DNA of 64,000 nucleotides from Microcoleus sp. (GTDB lineage: Bacteria; Cyanobacteriota; Cyanobacteriia; Cyanobacteriales; Microcoleaceae): positions 1,952,001 to 2,016,000 of the forward strand of contig CP181291.1 in NCBI GenBank assembly GCA_052279835.1. The letters are read 5' to 3'. Position 1 is the stretch's first letter, and each line of letters begins with the position of its first letter. Position numbers and translations under genes: made by a program. Positions 62,371 through 64,000 of this stretch are shown here, piece after piece. The notes below the pieces were generated by a model, which did not search any database, was not told where the DNA came from, and saw only the letters and a list, made by a program, of their open reading frames with translations.

Positions 62371-62982
62371 TCAGCTTGCTAGATGCTTTCGCAAAAACAG
62401 TCTTCGTGGCTGTCCGAACAGCCAACAACTCCAATCCCAATCCACCTGTTCTAAGCGATACCCTGCCTGATAATATAACTGTCTAGCCGGATGATTATTT
62501 TCCAAAACATGGAGGTAAACTTCCGAAAATCCCCACTCACGGGCAGTTTTTTCACAATTATTCAGTAGCTTTTGAGCAACACCTTGTCGCCGATACTCTG
62601 GGTGAACGGCGAGATTGGATAAATAAGGATAGTCAGAACTTGGGAATTGCCAAGCAAAGCGAGAACGCAGAGCTAGTTCTACCGTTCCAGCCATTAACTC
62701 TGACCTGTTGTCGAGAGCATTTTCTTCCCGCGAGACTAGCTCAGCAACCAGACAAATGTAATGTTCAGTTTTAGAACGCAGTCGATTTTTTAAATCTTCG
62801 TAAATACCTAAGCGTAATACTGGATAGACCCAGTGTACTACCCCCTCGCGGGAATGAAAGCTCGAAGCCAAAATATCTGCTAGCTGCATCAGGTCATTGG
62901 CTCCAGCCATCCGAACTAAAAAGCCACAATTTTCGGGGTTTTGTTTACCGCGTGTTGGTGAGGAAAAAAATGAATAATTCAC
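62371..62982 (-). CDS. GNAT acetyltransferase
   Basis: YLSNLAVHPEYRRQGVA, LHVLENN.PARQLY...GY. Confidence 0.92.
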   Translation of the reverse strand: MNYSFFSSPTRGKQNPENCGFLVRMAGANDLMQLADILASSFHSREGVVHWVYPVLRLGIYEDLKNRLRSKTEHYICLVAELVSREENALDNRSELMAGTVELALRSRFAWQFPSSDYPYLSNLAVHPEYRRQGVAQKLLNNCEKTAREWGFSEVYLHVLENNHPARQLYYQAGYRLEQVDWDWSCWLFGQPRRLFLRKHLAS

Positions 62983-63309
62983 AATTATCAGCCACTATAT
63001 TAATTTTCTAGGATGGTTATTTATACACAGAACCATTTTCTTAATGGTGATTTTATTGTGATTCATAACCCTCTAAATCAATTATAAATTCACAGGAACA
63101 TTCAATAATTATCAGCTAATTCTAAATGAGGGCGGGTCGGATTTGGGCAACCAATTCATTTCCAGCCGATCGGGGTGTGTTTTCTGTAATATTACGGGTA
63201 TAACTTATACACATAGTTGATTGACCCGATTAAACCACCACCTTCTTTAGCCTTGACTTTGCAATATTATCTAATGTACACTGGAAATGTCAAGGGATTG
63301 AGAAAAATC

Positions 63310-63495
63310 ATGGCCAACAATAACCCATCCCCTAATACTAGATTTGTAGGTATTGGGAAGGGTATTAAAAACAATCAAAAAGGTTTTAATGTCAGGTTCC
63401 CGGAACCCTATCACTCTATGCTGGCAGAAATACCCGATAGAATTGAATTTATTCGTCAAGCCGTAATTGAAAAACTCAAGGATAAGCCAGAATGA
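63310..63495 (+). CDS. Small hypothetical protein, possibly ribbon-helix-helix
   Basis: FNVRFPE.....L......EFIRQAVIEKL pattern. Confidence 0.5.
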   Translation: MANNNPSPNTRFVGIGKGIKNNQKGFNVRFPEPYHSMLAEIPDRIEFIRQAVIEKLKDKPE

Positions 63496-64000
63496 ATCAG
63501 GGTATGAGGCTCGTGGATGTTATGGCTATGGCGAGCCGATCGAGTTTCCGCAGGCTTCTGGCCACAGGCACTCCTGTATCCGATGAAAGCAACCTTGTCT
63601 TTAAGAGTAGGGGGTTTTCTGCCAAAAGTCCCATTTACACTCTGACGTTTTGGAAAAAGTCTCTGGGGTATGACCCAATAATTCCGTCTGTGGGCGGTAT
63701 GACCAAATAATTCGATAGTATGCAGAAGGCGATCGATAAATTCAAAAGCCCGATCAAGCTAATTAGCCGATGTTGACAGAGTAAATTCATCATGAAAATT
63801 AAGGGCAGGTTAAATAAGTTACATAGTTAACTGGGTGAGGGTGTTTCGAGAAGGGTTCAAGGCATTTGGGTTGGATCGAGTGGGATTTCCTCCTCCCTAA
63901 AGTTCTGACTCTGCGCTCAATTGCGGATTTCAAAGAGTCTATATCGTAAAATAAGGCGTCAATAGTGGCAAAAATAGGCACTGGACTTACGGCGATCGAC

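Noticed and set aside
63492..64000. ORFs 63492-63710 (+) and 63799-end (-) as the edge of a mobile element
   Set aside because: No recognisable motifs, integrase or att site within the window; cannot be supported

Overview
64 kb of a cyanobacterial chromosome, most likely a filamentous Oscillatoriales type. Evidence: frequent HIP1 GCGATCGC, heptamer STRR arrays, xisH/xisI and several REP-like palindrome families. The right two-thirds is mostly housekeeping (secD/secF, pdhB, phoH, khpA, rpsP, dacB, plsX-fabH-fabD, putA, M32 carboxypeptidase). It also holds a decayed IS5-family element and a protein-arginine-deiminase homologue lacking its catalytic His and Cys. The left 22 kb is accessory-rich. 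(1) A minus-strand cluster runs radical-SAM -> coiled-coil -> ClpB-like AAA+ -> Ser/Thr kinase-FGE. The last ~130 nt of the kinase gene carry the adenine signature of a diversity-generating-retroelement variable region, and the gene is bracketed by two ~100-bp palindromic tandem arrays. (2) A class II ribonucleotide reductase gene (nrdJ) has its active-site loop interrupted by an ORF-less 253-nt group I intron and, 24 nt later, a 328-aa LAGLIDADG intein. (3) xisHI, vapBC and a NACHT-WD40 NLR-like gene follow. No rRNA, tRNA, CRISPR array or reverse transcriptase was recognised. All family calls come from motif recognition by eye; no database searches were run.
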